From: an uncultured Alistipes sp.
GTDB taxonomy: Bacteria > Bacillota > Clostridia > Oscillospirales > Ruminococcaceae
Reading direction: 5' to 3'
DNA length: 64,000 bases
NCBI GenBank assembly: GCA_964414745.1
Contig: CAYPXB010000001.1
Coordinates: forward strand, 140,682-204,681
Below, piece after piece: positions 55,742 to 64,000 of this stretch. Within the stretch, counting starts at the first letter, position 1, and each line of letters opens with the position of its first letter. A model generated the notes under the pieces. It was not told the origin of the DNA, did not search any database, and saw nothing but the letters and a program-made list of their open reading frames with translations. The position numbers were made by a program, and so were the translations under genes.

Positions 55742-58583
55742 TTTTCTTTTTTCCCGAAGATTTTTTTGCGCCTTTTTTCGAGGGCTTTTCATCACTCTTC
55801 TCAGCGGCTTCCGGTTCGGGGTTTTCTGTAACGGTATCTTTTTCGTCACTTTCGCCACTGCCGTCGGGGTCATCCGTTTCCGGAGCGGGTCTGTTTTTCT
55901 TTCTCCGGTCAAGGCACATCAATGTGACGCATAAAACGGTGCTTACCCCGGTTGCCGTCGTTCCCGCGACAAATCCTTCCGGAATATAGCTCAGAGAGAT
56001 CTCATGCTCCCCCGCGGGCACTTCTGCGCCGAGCATGGCTCCGGCAAGTTTTACAGTTTCGACTTCCTGTCCGTCGATTCTGACTGTCCATCCGTTTTCG
56101 TAAGGTATGGAGAAGAACATTATGCCGTCTTTAAGCGCATTTACCGTTCCGGTTATCTTCGTATCGTCAAACTGTTTTATATCAAGCTGTTCATCGGCAA
56201 GATTAGCGTATGCCTGTTCCCATATATTCTTATCAAGTGCGTAGACCATCAATTTGAATGTTCCGCTATCCTTTTCGGGGTCGGCTTTCATCTTGACGGA
56301 AACGGTCTCGCCGCTCTGCGATCCGCCCATAGGGAATACTATCGGATAGCTTTCTATTTCTATGCCTGAATCGACGCTTTCCGTCTCGTTGAACACATCG
56401 ACACCGTTACATCCGCCGTTTGAAGCGTATCCGTAGAGATATGACCCGTCGATACCGTTGTAGTCATATGTAGACGAGGCATCGGAATTTTTTCCGTTTG
56501 TTTTCGTAAACGAATAGTCCCCGTAAGCTCTCTTTGTGACTTCCATTCCGTCATATGAGGCGAGAGCCACCGGCTGAGGCGTAAAGCAGTCCTGCGATAT
56601 GCCGGAGGACAGTTTCAGGAGCTCATTCTGGTACGCGAAAGGATTTCCGTAAGCATCGTCCTTAAGCTCAAGTATTGCCGGATCGACCATATATCCGAGT
56701 GAAAGAGGATAGTTATTTACGTACATAACGCTTGTTTTTGCCTTGGAAAACTCCGACAGAGCCATTTTCTCCCCGCGCTGGTATCCTGTCTTTGATATGA
56801 GATATTTTATTCCCATCATTGAGTTTACGACAGGTGTCGAGAGCCGGTAATAATATCTGTTTCCGGCTTCGGAGGCATAAAGTCCGAGACGTTTGCAGAA
56901 TGTCGTCACCGAAACATTCGCTGCGGAAGAAAACTGCGAAAGTCCGTAGTAACCGTAAAGCGCGCTGTCATTGAGCGTGTATGTTTTCGTTACTTCCGTC
57001 CTGTAGAACGGGCTGTCATCCGCATTATCCGCGTCATCAAGAAGCTTTTCCACATCGTCATAGTAACTCGGATATCCCGTATAGTCCGATGAGCCGACCG
57101 TTTTTACACCCAGAGTGGCATTCGCCGAAAGTTCTCCGACAAGAGCGACACCAAGAAATACGCTCAGCACGGAATTCCTGATCTTCGTGTTCGTGAACGG
57201 GAAAATTTTTACCGCGATAAATATCAGAATGAACACACCGGCGATGATTATGGATTTTTTCAGCGCGCCTTCCGTTCCGAAATCCGCGTCTTCCTTTCTT
57301 ATGGCGTAATTGAGATAGCACACCACCCACGGGAATACGGTCATCAGCACGATCTGATAGATCTTGACCCCGTTCTGCAGGATTATGTCGTATGCCCTGT
57401 ACGCCGCGGCTATCAGAATAAACGAGAATATGAACGCGAACCTGTACGGTATCATATTTGTGAAGTGGAAGCCGTGCCAGATATAATTCAGTATGTTCAT
57501 ATTACAGCTTACCGCTATTATCGCAAGTCCCGAAACAACGGCAATCTTTTCACGTATCTTTATTCCGGTCGAGAAAAGGAATACCCCCAGCAGTACTATT
57601 GCGAGCATACCGCACGCGAAATTCGGCAGACCCTCTTTCATGGCGGGCTCGCTGTATGAAATCGTGTTCGCGAAGATCTTTGTCCATGATTCATACCATG
57701 TGACTTCTTTCGGAAATGTGTTGTTCACACTGTTTGTAAGCTGCAACCCGTAGTAAGCCGGGAGCAGAATGAAACCGCCGAGGGCGATACCGAGGACAGA
57801 CGATCTTGCCGTTATCCATAATTTGCGGAAGAGATCTTTTAATCCCCTGAAATTTATGATTATCATGGCGGCGAACATAAACACCGTGAAGATACACGTG
57901 AAATAGCCGATGTAATAATTCGCTATAAGCGAAAGAGCGAGAGAAAATGTAAATGTTTTCCATTTTCCCTCACGGCAGATTGCGGTAACACCGAGCATAA
58001 CGAGCGGGAAGAGTGCTATTGTGTCGAACCACATGACATTCCAGTAATATCCCAGCATATAGCTGCAGAGAGCGAACATAGCGGAGAAGAAGCAGATCGA
58101 TATATCTTTTCTCCCGAATGTATATCTTAAAAAGCAGCTGAAGAAAGCACCGCAGAATCCTATTTTCGTTATGAGTATGAAAGTCAGGGCGTCGCGCACG
58201 TGTTCCTCATCGAATAAGACCGACATCCAGTTCAGGGGGCTTGCGGCGTAATACGATATAAGAGAGAGAAAATTGGTGCCGAGTCCGTTGAACCATGAAT
58301 AAAGAAACGATCCTCCGTCAAGCAGTTTTTCCCGGACCACCCTGAAAAACGGATAGTACTGATGCCAGAGATCGACCACAAGCATCTGCTCGTCGCCGAA
58401 CGGGTGTATCTCATTGTTTCTGAAAGCAAGCGTCATTATAACAGCAGGTATAAGGAAAGAAAGAATAAAATAAAGAATTCCTTTCCCGTAGATGACTCTG
58501 TAGAAAAAACTGTTCCTGTACGCGGCAATACGGCTGCCTGCGCCGCTTTCCGGCTTTTTTTTGCTGTTTCCTTTTTTGTTCAT
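55728..58583 (-). CDS. yfhO: YfhO-family polytopic membrane protein (GT-C-type glycosyltransferase family) with a charged C-terminal tail
   Basis: About 950 aa. VVDLWHQYYPFF motif near the N-terminus, many TMs, a large extracytoplasmic C-terminal domain and a final TM. AGAGGTG lies before the ATG at 58583, which falls after the ecfT stop. Confidence 0.75.
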   Translation of the reverse strand: MNKKGNSKKKPESGAGSRIAAYRNSFFYRVIYGKGILYFILSFLIPAVIMTLAFRNNEIHPFGDEQMLVVDLWHQYYPFFRVVREKLLDGGSFLYSWFNGLGTNFLSLISYYAASPLNWMSVLFDEEHVRDALTFILITKIGFCGAFFSCFLRYTFGRKDISICFFSAMFALCSYMLGYYWNVMWFDTIALFPLVMLGVTAICREGKWKTFTFSLALSLIANYYIGYFTCIFTVFMFAAMIIINFRGLKDLFRKLWITARSSVLGIALGGFILLPAYYGLQLTNSVNNTFPKEVTWYESWTKIFANTISYSEPAMKEGLPNFACGMLAIVLLGVFLFSTGIKIREKIAVVSGLAIIAVSCNMNILNYIWHGFHFTNMIPYRFAFIFSFILIAAAYRAYDIILQNGVKIYQIVLMTVFPWVVCYLNYAIRKEDADFGTEGALKKSIIIAGVFILIFIAVKIFPFTNTKIRNSVLSVFLGVALVGELSANATLGVKTVGSSDYTGYPSYYDDVEKLLDDADNADDSPFYRTEVTKTYTLNDSALYGYYGLSQFSSAANVSVTTFCKRLGLYASEAGNRYYYRLSTPVVNSMMGIKYLISKTGYQRGEKMALSEFSKAKTSVMYVNNYPLSLGYMVDPAILELKDDAYGNPFAYQNELLKLSSGISQDCFTPQPVALASYDGMEVTKRAYGDYSFTKTNGKNSDASSTYDYNGIDGSYLYGYASNGGCNGVDVFNETESVDSGIEIESYPIVFPMGGSQSGETVSVKMKADPEKDSGTFKLMVYALDKNIWEQAYANLADEQLDIKQFDDTKITGTVNALKDGIMFFSIPYENGWTVRIDGQEVETVKLAGAMLGAEVPAGEHEISLSYIPEGFVAGTTATGVSTVLCVTLMCLDRRKKNRPAPETDDPDGSGESDEKDTVTENPEPEAAEKSDEKPSKKGAKKSSGKKKNEKS

Positions 58584-58618
58584 TTCACACCTCTGTATAA
58601 CAGTTATTGTTGCGATCG

Positions 58619-59422
58619 TCACGTGATACGGTTTACAATGATTATTACCGCGAAAAACAGTATCATAACGGTGAGAGCGATATAATCCGGCACCGAAGCT
58701 TTCAATTGTCTCAGTTTTGTCCTGCCGGTTCCGCCATTGTAGCACCTGCATTCCATCGCGACCGCGAGTTCGTCCGCGCGTCTGAATGCCGAAATGAAGA
58801 GCGGCACGATAACCGATATGATATTTCTGACCCTTGACATGATGTTTCCGCTGTCTATTTCGGCTCCTCTTGCTTTCTGCGCGGAGATTATCTTGTCCGT
58901 TTCCTCAATAAGTGTCGGAATAAAGCGGAGAGCGATCGACATCATCATCGCAAGTTCATGAACGGGGAATTTCAGTTTTTTCAGTGGAGAAAGAAGCCTT
59001 TCGATAGCGTCAGTAAGAGTGATCGGGGACGTCGTGTACGTGAGCAGCGAGCTTCCGGCTATGAGCAGGACTATCCTCACTATCATAAAAACACTCGTGT
59101 AGATGCCGTCCGATGTTATCTTAAGGAATTTCCACTGAAAATAAATATCCCCGCTCCTTATGAAAAGCAGATTGAGCAGAGCTGTCAGTGCCACGAAAGG
59201 CAGGAGCGGTTTAATGCTTTTTCCGAACATCCTGAGCGGTATCCGTGACAGAAATATGCAAAAGAGCGTAAATAAAGCCCCGATCGCGAGACACCACAAA
59301 GAATCTCCCCAGAATATGGCGACGATAAAGATTATCGTCATGATTATCTTGAACCGGGGATCAAGTCTGTGAAGAAGACTTTCTCCCGGAAAAAACTGTC
59401 CTATCGTTATGTCTTTCAGCAA
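58619..59422 (-). CDS. ecfT: Energy-coupling factor transporter transmembrane protein EcfT
   Basis: DPRFKIIMTIIFIV... N-terminus and ARG coupling motifs (AQKARGAE). It follows the two ecfA genes. Confidence 0.9.
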   Translation of the reverse strand: MLKDITIGQFFPGESLLHRLDPRFKIIMTIIFIVAIFWGDSLWCLAIGALFTLFCIFLSRIPLRMFGKSIKPLLPFVALTALLNLLFIRSGDIYFQWKFLKITSDGIYTSVFMIVRIVLLIAGSSLLTYTTSPITLTDAIERLLSPLKKLKFPVHELAMMMSIALRFIPTLIEETDKIISAQKARGAEIDSGNIMSRVRNIISVIVPLFISAFRRADELAVAMECRCYNGGTGRTKLRQLKASVPDYIALTVMILFFAVIIIVNRIT

Positions 59423-60291
59423 TCCGGCGACCTCCCCCCGGCAAGCCGGTCGAGAATGAGCCGGCGCGCGTACGGCACGGTGTATACTTCTTTGCCGAAA
59501 TCGAGCCCCGCTTTTTTCAGCCTGTTGAATATTTTTGTCACCTGCGGCACGTCAAGTCCTATTTTTTCTATCTCCTCCGCTTTGCCGAAGACTTTTTCCG
59601 TATCGTCAAAACAGAAGATACGCGCCCTGTTCATTACAAGTATCTTGTCGGCAAAACGCGCGATATCCTCCATGCTGTGTGTGACGACGAGGATCGTTTT
59701 TTTCGTCATATCGTGATAGTTTTTTATAAGATCGAGTATCCTGTCCCTTCCTGCCGGGTCAAGACCGGCAGTCGGCTCGTCGAGTATGAGTATCTCCGGC
59801 TCCATCGCCATGACCCCGGCGATAGCGACCCTGCGTTTCTGACCGCCCGAAAGATCGAAGGGGGAACGATCAAGAAGCTCCTCACTGATTCCCGTATTGC
59901 GGGCTGTCCCGATCACACGTCTTTTTATCTCGTCATCGTCAAGTCCCATATTTTTCGGACCGAAAGCGATATCTTTATAAACCGTTTCCTCAAACAGCTG
60001 ATATTCCGGGTACTGAAAAACAAGACCTACCCTGAAACGCACGTCGCGTATTTTTGATTTATCCTCCCAGATATCGCGACCGTCGAGAAAAACGTGACCC
60101 GACGTCGGTCTGAGAAGTCCGTTCATATGCTGGATCAGTGTGGATTTTCCGGAACCTGTGTGACCCATAACACCTATTATGATGCCCTCCGGTATCTCAA
60201 GACTCACGTTGTCGACCGCCGTTTTCTCAAACGGTGTGCCTATGCTGTATGTATATGTCAGATTTTCAACTCTGAGTACTGCCAATATCAA
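59416..60291 (-). CDS. ecfA2: ECF transporter ATPase EcfA2
   Basis: Walker A GHTGSGKST, signature LSGGQKRRV, Walker B ILILDEPTAGLD. Confidence 0.9.
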   Translation of the reverse strand: MILAVLRVENLTYTYSIGTPFEKTAVDNVSLEIPEGIIIGVMGHTGSGKSTLIQHMNGLLRPTSGHVFLDGRDIWEDKSKIRDVRFRVGLVFQYPEYQLFEETVYKDIAFGPKNMGLDDDEIKRRVIGTARNTGISEELLDRSPFDLSGGQKRRVAIAGVMAMEPEILILDEPTAGLDPAGRDRILDLIKNYHDMTKKTILVVTHSMEDIARFADKILVMNRARIFCFDDTEKVFGKAEEIEKIGLDVPQVTKIFNRLKKAGLDFGKEVYTVPYARRLILDRLAGGRSPDC

Positions 60292-61166
60292 CTCTCCTTA
60301 GAATGCCGTTTCTGAAAAAGGCGGAGTACGGCCTGTGCGCATTCTTCTTCCGTCAGTATGCCTTCCGGAATGTCACACCCTGCGTTTCTCAGTTCCCACG
60401 CAAGTTCCGATGCCTGCGGAACATCGAGGCCGATCTTTCTGAGAAGCTGCACCTGCGAGAAAACGCGTTCCGGTGTATCATCGAGGATTATTTTTCCCCC
60501 GTCCATCACGGCGACACGGCCGCACTGAGCCGCCTCATCCATGTAATGTGTAATAAGTATGACGGTGATACCGTATTCTTTATTCATATTTCCGACGGTC
60601 GCCATGACCTCCTTGCGCCCCTGCGGGTCAAGCATGGCTGTCGGCTCATCAAGGATGATACATTTCGGCCGCATGGCGATTATCCCCGCTATGGCGACAC
60701 GCTGCTTCTGACCTCCCGAAAGCTGGCTCGGCGAGTGCATACGGTAGTCATACATATCGACAGCTTTTAGCGCCTCGTCCACGCGGTTGCGCATTTCGCC
60801 ATAGGGAACTCCGAGATTTTCGAGAGCGAAGGCAACGTCCTCCTCGACAATGGACGACACGATCTGGTTGTCGGGATTCTGAAAGACCATTCCCGCACAC
60901 TGCCGCAGCTCAGAAAGTCTTTCATCGTCGGATGTATCGATGCCATTTACGTAGATCTTGCCGTGCGTCGGCTGAAGTATGCCGTTGATAAGTTTGGCAA
61001 ACGTCGATTTTCCGGATCCGTTGGGACCGAGGACCGCCATGAATTCGCCTTTTTTTATTTTTATATCTATTCCCCTGAGGACTTCGGTCGGTTCTGCCGT
61101 GTCATCCTCGGGGCAATAGGCAAACCTGAGTGACTGTGTTTCTATTATGTTTTCCGTTTTATCCAT
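60288..61166 (-). CDS. ecfA1: ECF transporter ATPase EcfA1
   Basis: Walker A GPNGSGKST, signature LSGGQKQRV, Walker B CIILDEPTAMLD. Confidence 0.9.
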   Translation of the reverse strand: MDKTENIIETQSLRFAYCPEDDTAEPTEVLRGIDIKIKKGEFMAVLGPNGSGKSTFAKLINGILQPTHGKIYVNGIDTSDDERLSELRQCAGMVFQNPDNQIVSSIVEEDVAFALENLGVPYGEMRNRVDEALKAVDMYDYRMHSPSQLSGGQKQRVAIAGIIAMRPKCIILDEPTAMLDPQGRKEVMATVGNMNKEYGITVILITHYMDEAAQCGRVAVMDGGKIILDDTPERVFSQVQLLRKIGLDVPQASELAWELRNAGCDIPEGILTEEECAQAVLRLFQKRHSKES

Positions 61167-61169
61167 CTG

Positions 61170-62033
61170 CTACAGCTCCCATATCGCCGTAGAACCGCAC
61201 GGCAGAGTCAGACCGGTCGATCTCACGGGGAGGCCGATCTCGTCGGATACGATCCTTCCTCCGTGTTTCTTTTTCAGCGTGACATCCAGTATATAGCCCG
61301 TAACCGATGGCGAAAGACCCGTCGTGTAGCTGTTTATCATAAAGAAAAGAGGCTTTTCCGAGAGCAGGCCGCTGCACATATTCACAAGATCATACACGCA
61401 GTCTTCCAGCTTCCAGACTTCGCCGCCCGGCCCCCGGCCGTAGCTCGGAGGATCCATAATGACGGCATCATATTTTCGGTTTCGCCTTATTTCGCGCGCT
61501 ATGAATTTTTCGCAGTCGTCGCATATCCATCTGACAGGTCTGTCCGAAAGACCCGACGCCGCGGCGTTGTCTCTCGCCCACCTCATCATACCCTTTGACG
61601 CGTCAACATGGCAGACAGAAGCACCTGCCTCCGCGCACGCAAGCGTCGCGCCTCCCGTGTAGGCAAAGAGATTCAGGACATTTACCGGTCTTTCCGCGCC
61701 TTTTATCTTTTCAGTCATAAAATCCCAGTTTACGGCCTGTTCCGGGAAAAGTCCGGTATGCTTGAAACCTGTCGGGCGGATGATGAACGTAAGATTGCCA
61801 TATCTTATTTTCCACGATTCGGGCGGCATTTTCCTGTAAGTCCATTTGCCTCCGCCTGAAGATGAGCGGATATATCGGCCGTCCGCGCTTTTCCACAGCG
61901 GATCTGTCTTTTCGGTCTTCCAGATCACCTGCGGGTCGGGGCGAATGAGGGATATATCACCCCATACTTCAAGCCTTTCGCCGTCAGAGGTGTCGAGAAG
62001 CGTATAATCTTTCCAGTTTTCAGCCGTTCTCAA
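61170..62033 (-). CDS. Class I SAM-dependent methyltransferase (RlmI/RlmK C-terminal-domain-like, no PUA domain)
   Basis: LNLFAYTGGATLACAEAGA (motif I) and AVIMDPPSYGRG (DPPxF/Y-type motif IV). Confidence 0.7.
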   Translation of the reverse strand: MRTAENWKDYTLLDTSDGERLEVWGDISLIRPDPQVIWKTEKTDPLWKSADGRYIRSSSGGGKWTYRKMPPESWKIRYGNLTFIIRPTGFKHTGLFPEQAVNWDFMTEKIKGAERPVNVLNLFAYTGGATLACAEAGASVCHVDASKGMMRWARDNAAASGLSDRPVRWICDDCEKFIAREIRRNRKYDAVIMDPPSYGRGPGGEVWKLEDCVYDLVNMCSGLLSEKPLFFMINSYTTGLSPSVTGYILDVTLKKKHGGRIVSDEIGLPVRSTGLTLPCGSTAIWEL

Positions 62034-62079
62034 ATAAACTTCCCCTTAAACTTGTTTCAGCGGGCAGGATCTTTATTTC

Positions 62080-63432
62080 CTATCTTCCGGAGCGTCTTTT
62101 GATGGTGTTTGCTATCTCCATCGCCATGGAATTTATAAGTGTAAAATCCCTTCCCTCGATCATCACCCGTATAAGCGGCTCCGTGCCGCTCTCGCGAACG
62201 ACGATCCGTCCCGAATCGCCGAGAGTCTTTTCGTGTGTCTCAATCAGATTGGTGATGACCTTGTCATTTTTCCAGAGTTCTTTTTCTTTCGGGTTTATGC
62301 GGACATTTATCATCACCTGAGGAAATTTGTACATGATATTCGCAAGCTCACTCATCTTTTTACCCGAATTTTTCAGTATCTCAAGGACTATTGCTCCCGA
62401 AAGCTGACCGTCTCCCGTCGTAGCGTGGTCAAGGAATATTATATGCCCGCTCTGCTCGCCGCCGATATTGTATCCGCCGTCAAGCATCTTCTCAAGCACA
62501 TACCTGTCGCCGACACTTGCCGTGACCGTGTTTATGCCGTTATCACGGGCAAAATGTCTGAACCCGAGGTTCGTCATTATTGTGACGACGGCGGAATCGT
62601 TCTTGAGCAGTCCTTTTTCTTTATAATCCTTTGCACAGATCGCTATCAGTTTATCGCCGTCGACAAGCTCACCGTTTTCGTCAACGGCAAGGCATCTGTC
62701 GGCATCACCGTCAAAGGCGAGACCGCAGTCAAAGTCATTCCCGGAGACAAACTCCATGAGTTGCTCGATATGCGTAGAACCGCAGTTTTTATTTATGTTT
62801 GTCCCGTCGGGATCGTTGTTTATCAGCGTGACTTCTGCACCGAGATCCTCAAAAAGCTTTCCGGCCGTCACGCTGGAGCTGCCGTTCGCGCAGTCAATGG
62901 CGACACGAAGTCCGCCGAGATCTGTCTTTATGACATTTTTTATATGCGCCGTATAGTCCGGGACAGCCGTTTCACACCTTGATATCCTTCCCACATTCGT
63001 GTGTGATCTGAGAGGGATCTCCTCAGGAGCGTCAAGGATAAGGCGTTCGATCTCTTCTTCTATATCGTCGCTGAGTTTGTAGCCGGACGAGGCGAAAAGT
63101 TTTATTCCGTTAAACTCCACGCTGTTGTGAGAAGCCGAGATCATCACCCCGGCATCGGCTTTATATTCTTTGACAAGATACGCGACTGCCGGAGTGGGAA
63201 CGACACCGAGTATCACGGCATCAGCTCCTACCGAACATATTCCGGCACAAAGAGCCGCCTCGAGGATGTCGGATGAGATCCTCGTGTCTTTGCCTATGAG
63301 AAGGCGGGCTTTGCGGCTTGCCTTTTTTGTGAGGACAAGCGCCGCCGCCCGTCCGATCTGCATCGCGAGCTCACAAGTGAGCTCAGTTATGGCAACTCCT
63401 CTCGCGCCGTCTGTTCCAAATAATCTTCCCAT
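62080..63432 (-). CDS. glmM: Phosphoglucosamine mutase GlmM
   Basis: FGTDGARG N-terminus, phospho-Ser loop ISASHNSVEFNGIK, Mg loop FDGDADR, and GEQSGH. Confidence 0.95.
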   Translation of the reverse strand: MGRLFGTDGARGVAITELTCELAMQIGRAAALVLTKKASRKARLLIGKDTRISSDILEAALCAGICSVGADAVILGVVPTPAVAYLVKEYKADAGVMISASHNSVEFNGIKLFASSGYKLSDDIEEEIERLILDAPEEIPLRSHTNVGRISRCETAVPDYTAHIKNVIKTDLGGLRVAIDCANGSSSVTAGKLFEDLGAEVTLINNDPDGTNINKNCGSTHIEQLMEFVSGNDFDCGLAFDGDADRCLAVDENGELVDGDKLIAICAKDYKEKGLLKNDSAVVTIMTNLGFRHFARDNGINTVTASVGDRYVLEKMLDGGYNIGGEQSGHIIFLDHATTGDGQLSGAIVLEILKNSGKKMSELANIMYKFPQVMINVRINPKEKELWKNDKVITNLIETHEKTLGDSGRIVVRESGTEPLIRVMIEGRDFTLINSMAMEIANTIKRRSGR

Positions 63433-63474
63433 TGAAAAAACTCCTTTTTACCAAACGCATTTACAGATATAAGA

Positions 63475-64000
63475 TCACAGCGTCAGCTGTCCGTCATCGT
63501 TGTTTTCCGGCGGAAAGCCGAGATGTTCATACGCAAGTCTCGTAGCGCACCTTCCACGCGGCGTCCTTCCGAGAAATCCGAGCTGCATAAGAAACGGCTC
63601 GCATACATCCTCAAGCGTAACGGCTTCTTCTCCGAGAGCCGCCGCCAGTGTTTCAAGTCCGACGGGACCGCCGCCGTACCCTTTTATTATCATCTCGAGC
63701 ATACGTCTGTCAAGGCTGTCAAGACCGAGATTATCGATCTCAAGGCGGCTCAGCGCGACTGACGCGATCTCCTGTGTTATTTCTCCGTTTCCCATAACAT
63801 CGGCAAAATCGCGAACTCTCTTGAGAAGCCTGTTTGCTATTCTCGGTGTACCTCTCGCCCTACCCGCGATCTCGGCAGCGCCGTCCGCGGTGCAGGGTAT
63901 TCCGAGTATCATACTGCTCCTGCGCACAATGTCCGTGAGCTGTTCTTTCGTATAGAGCTCCAGACGGTGAATGACGCCGAAACGGTCACGGAGCGGTGAG
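63475..64000 (-). CDS. ruvB: Holliday junction branch migration helicase RuvB, 5' end beyond the window edge
   Basis: C-terminal RuvB sequence [17 protein letters not shown]...[19 protein letters not shown]. The frame stays open up to the window end. Confidence 0.92.
   Translation of the reverse strand, partial: SPLRDRFGVIHRLELYTKEQLTDIVRRSSMILGIPCTADGAAEIAGRARGTPRIANRLLKRVRDFADVMGNGEITQEIASVALSRLEIDNLGLDSLDRRMLEMIIKGYGGGPVGLETLAAALGEEAVTLEDVCEPFLMQLGFLGRTPRGRCATRLAYEHLGFPPENNDDGQLTL

Noticed and set aside
55742-55912. 57-aa Lys/Arg/Pro-rich N-terminal extension of the truA ORF
   Set aside because: It is the alternate reading frame of the yfhO Lys-rich tail. The TruA homology begins at MRNLKIFISY (start 55741).

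Overview
This window looks like chromosomal core sequence from a Firmicutes/Clostridia bacterium. The gene content suggests a Ruminococcus-like gut or rumen organism: a cohesin-module lipoprotein, a CIRCE/HrcA heat-shock operon, ClpE, an ECF transporter module, AdhE, and GH95 and GH26 glycosidases. That taxonomic guess is inference only. I call 59 protein-coding genes (two cut by the window edges), most of them on the minus strand, plus 5 tRNAs: Pro-CGG, Thr-CGT and a Gly-TCC/Arg-TCT/His-GTG operon. Recognisable blocks, left to right:
- murA
- ylxM-ffh-rpsP-khpA
- a GH95 / CBM35-GH26 glycosidase pair
- a GtrB-like GT2 gene convergent with a membrane-anchored GDPD, followed by deoD
- a YtrA-type GntR / ABC ATPase / giant permease operon
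- hrcA-grpE-dnaK-dnaJ with a perfect CIRCE element
- an ~11 kb head-to-tail gene train: lipoprotein, response regulator, histidine kinase, DUF1385, prmC, recA, recX, rimO, pgsA, DtxR-like regulator, flippase
- adhE, then birA-GDPD, then ptsH
- purB-rimM-trmD
- MATE transporter, a GT-C-like membrane protein, and an aldo/keto reductase with an Fe-S domain
- aldose epimerase and DUF389
- a second train: glmM, methyltransferase, ecfA1-ecfA2-ecfT, yfhO, truA, DUF5711-like protein, cvpA-like protein, clpE, cohesin lipoprotein
- ruvB

Nearly every operon start has a readable TTGACA-17-TATAAT type promoter, and most operon ends have a hairpin plus T-run terminator. I saw no CRISPR array, transposase, integrase, phage gene or recognisable defence gene. 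I do not see a clear-cut novel multi-gene system here. The best second-look candidates are:
- the YtrA-controlled ABC operon, whose 765-aa partner carries a large unassigned domain and a Tyr/Asp tail
- a lipid-anchored single-cohesin protein that overlaps clpE
- a 784-aa bipartite GT-C-like membrane protein
- an unlinked GT2 / YfhO / GT-C envelope-glycosylation toolkit
- recA translationally overlapped with prmC, with no room for a promoter or SOS box
- a broken ffh...trmD cluster

All family assignments come from motif recognition by eye, not from database searches.
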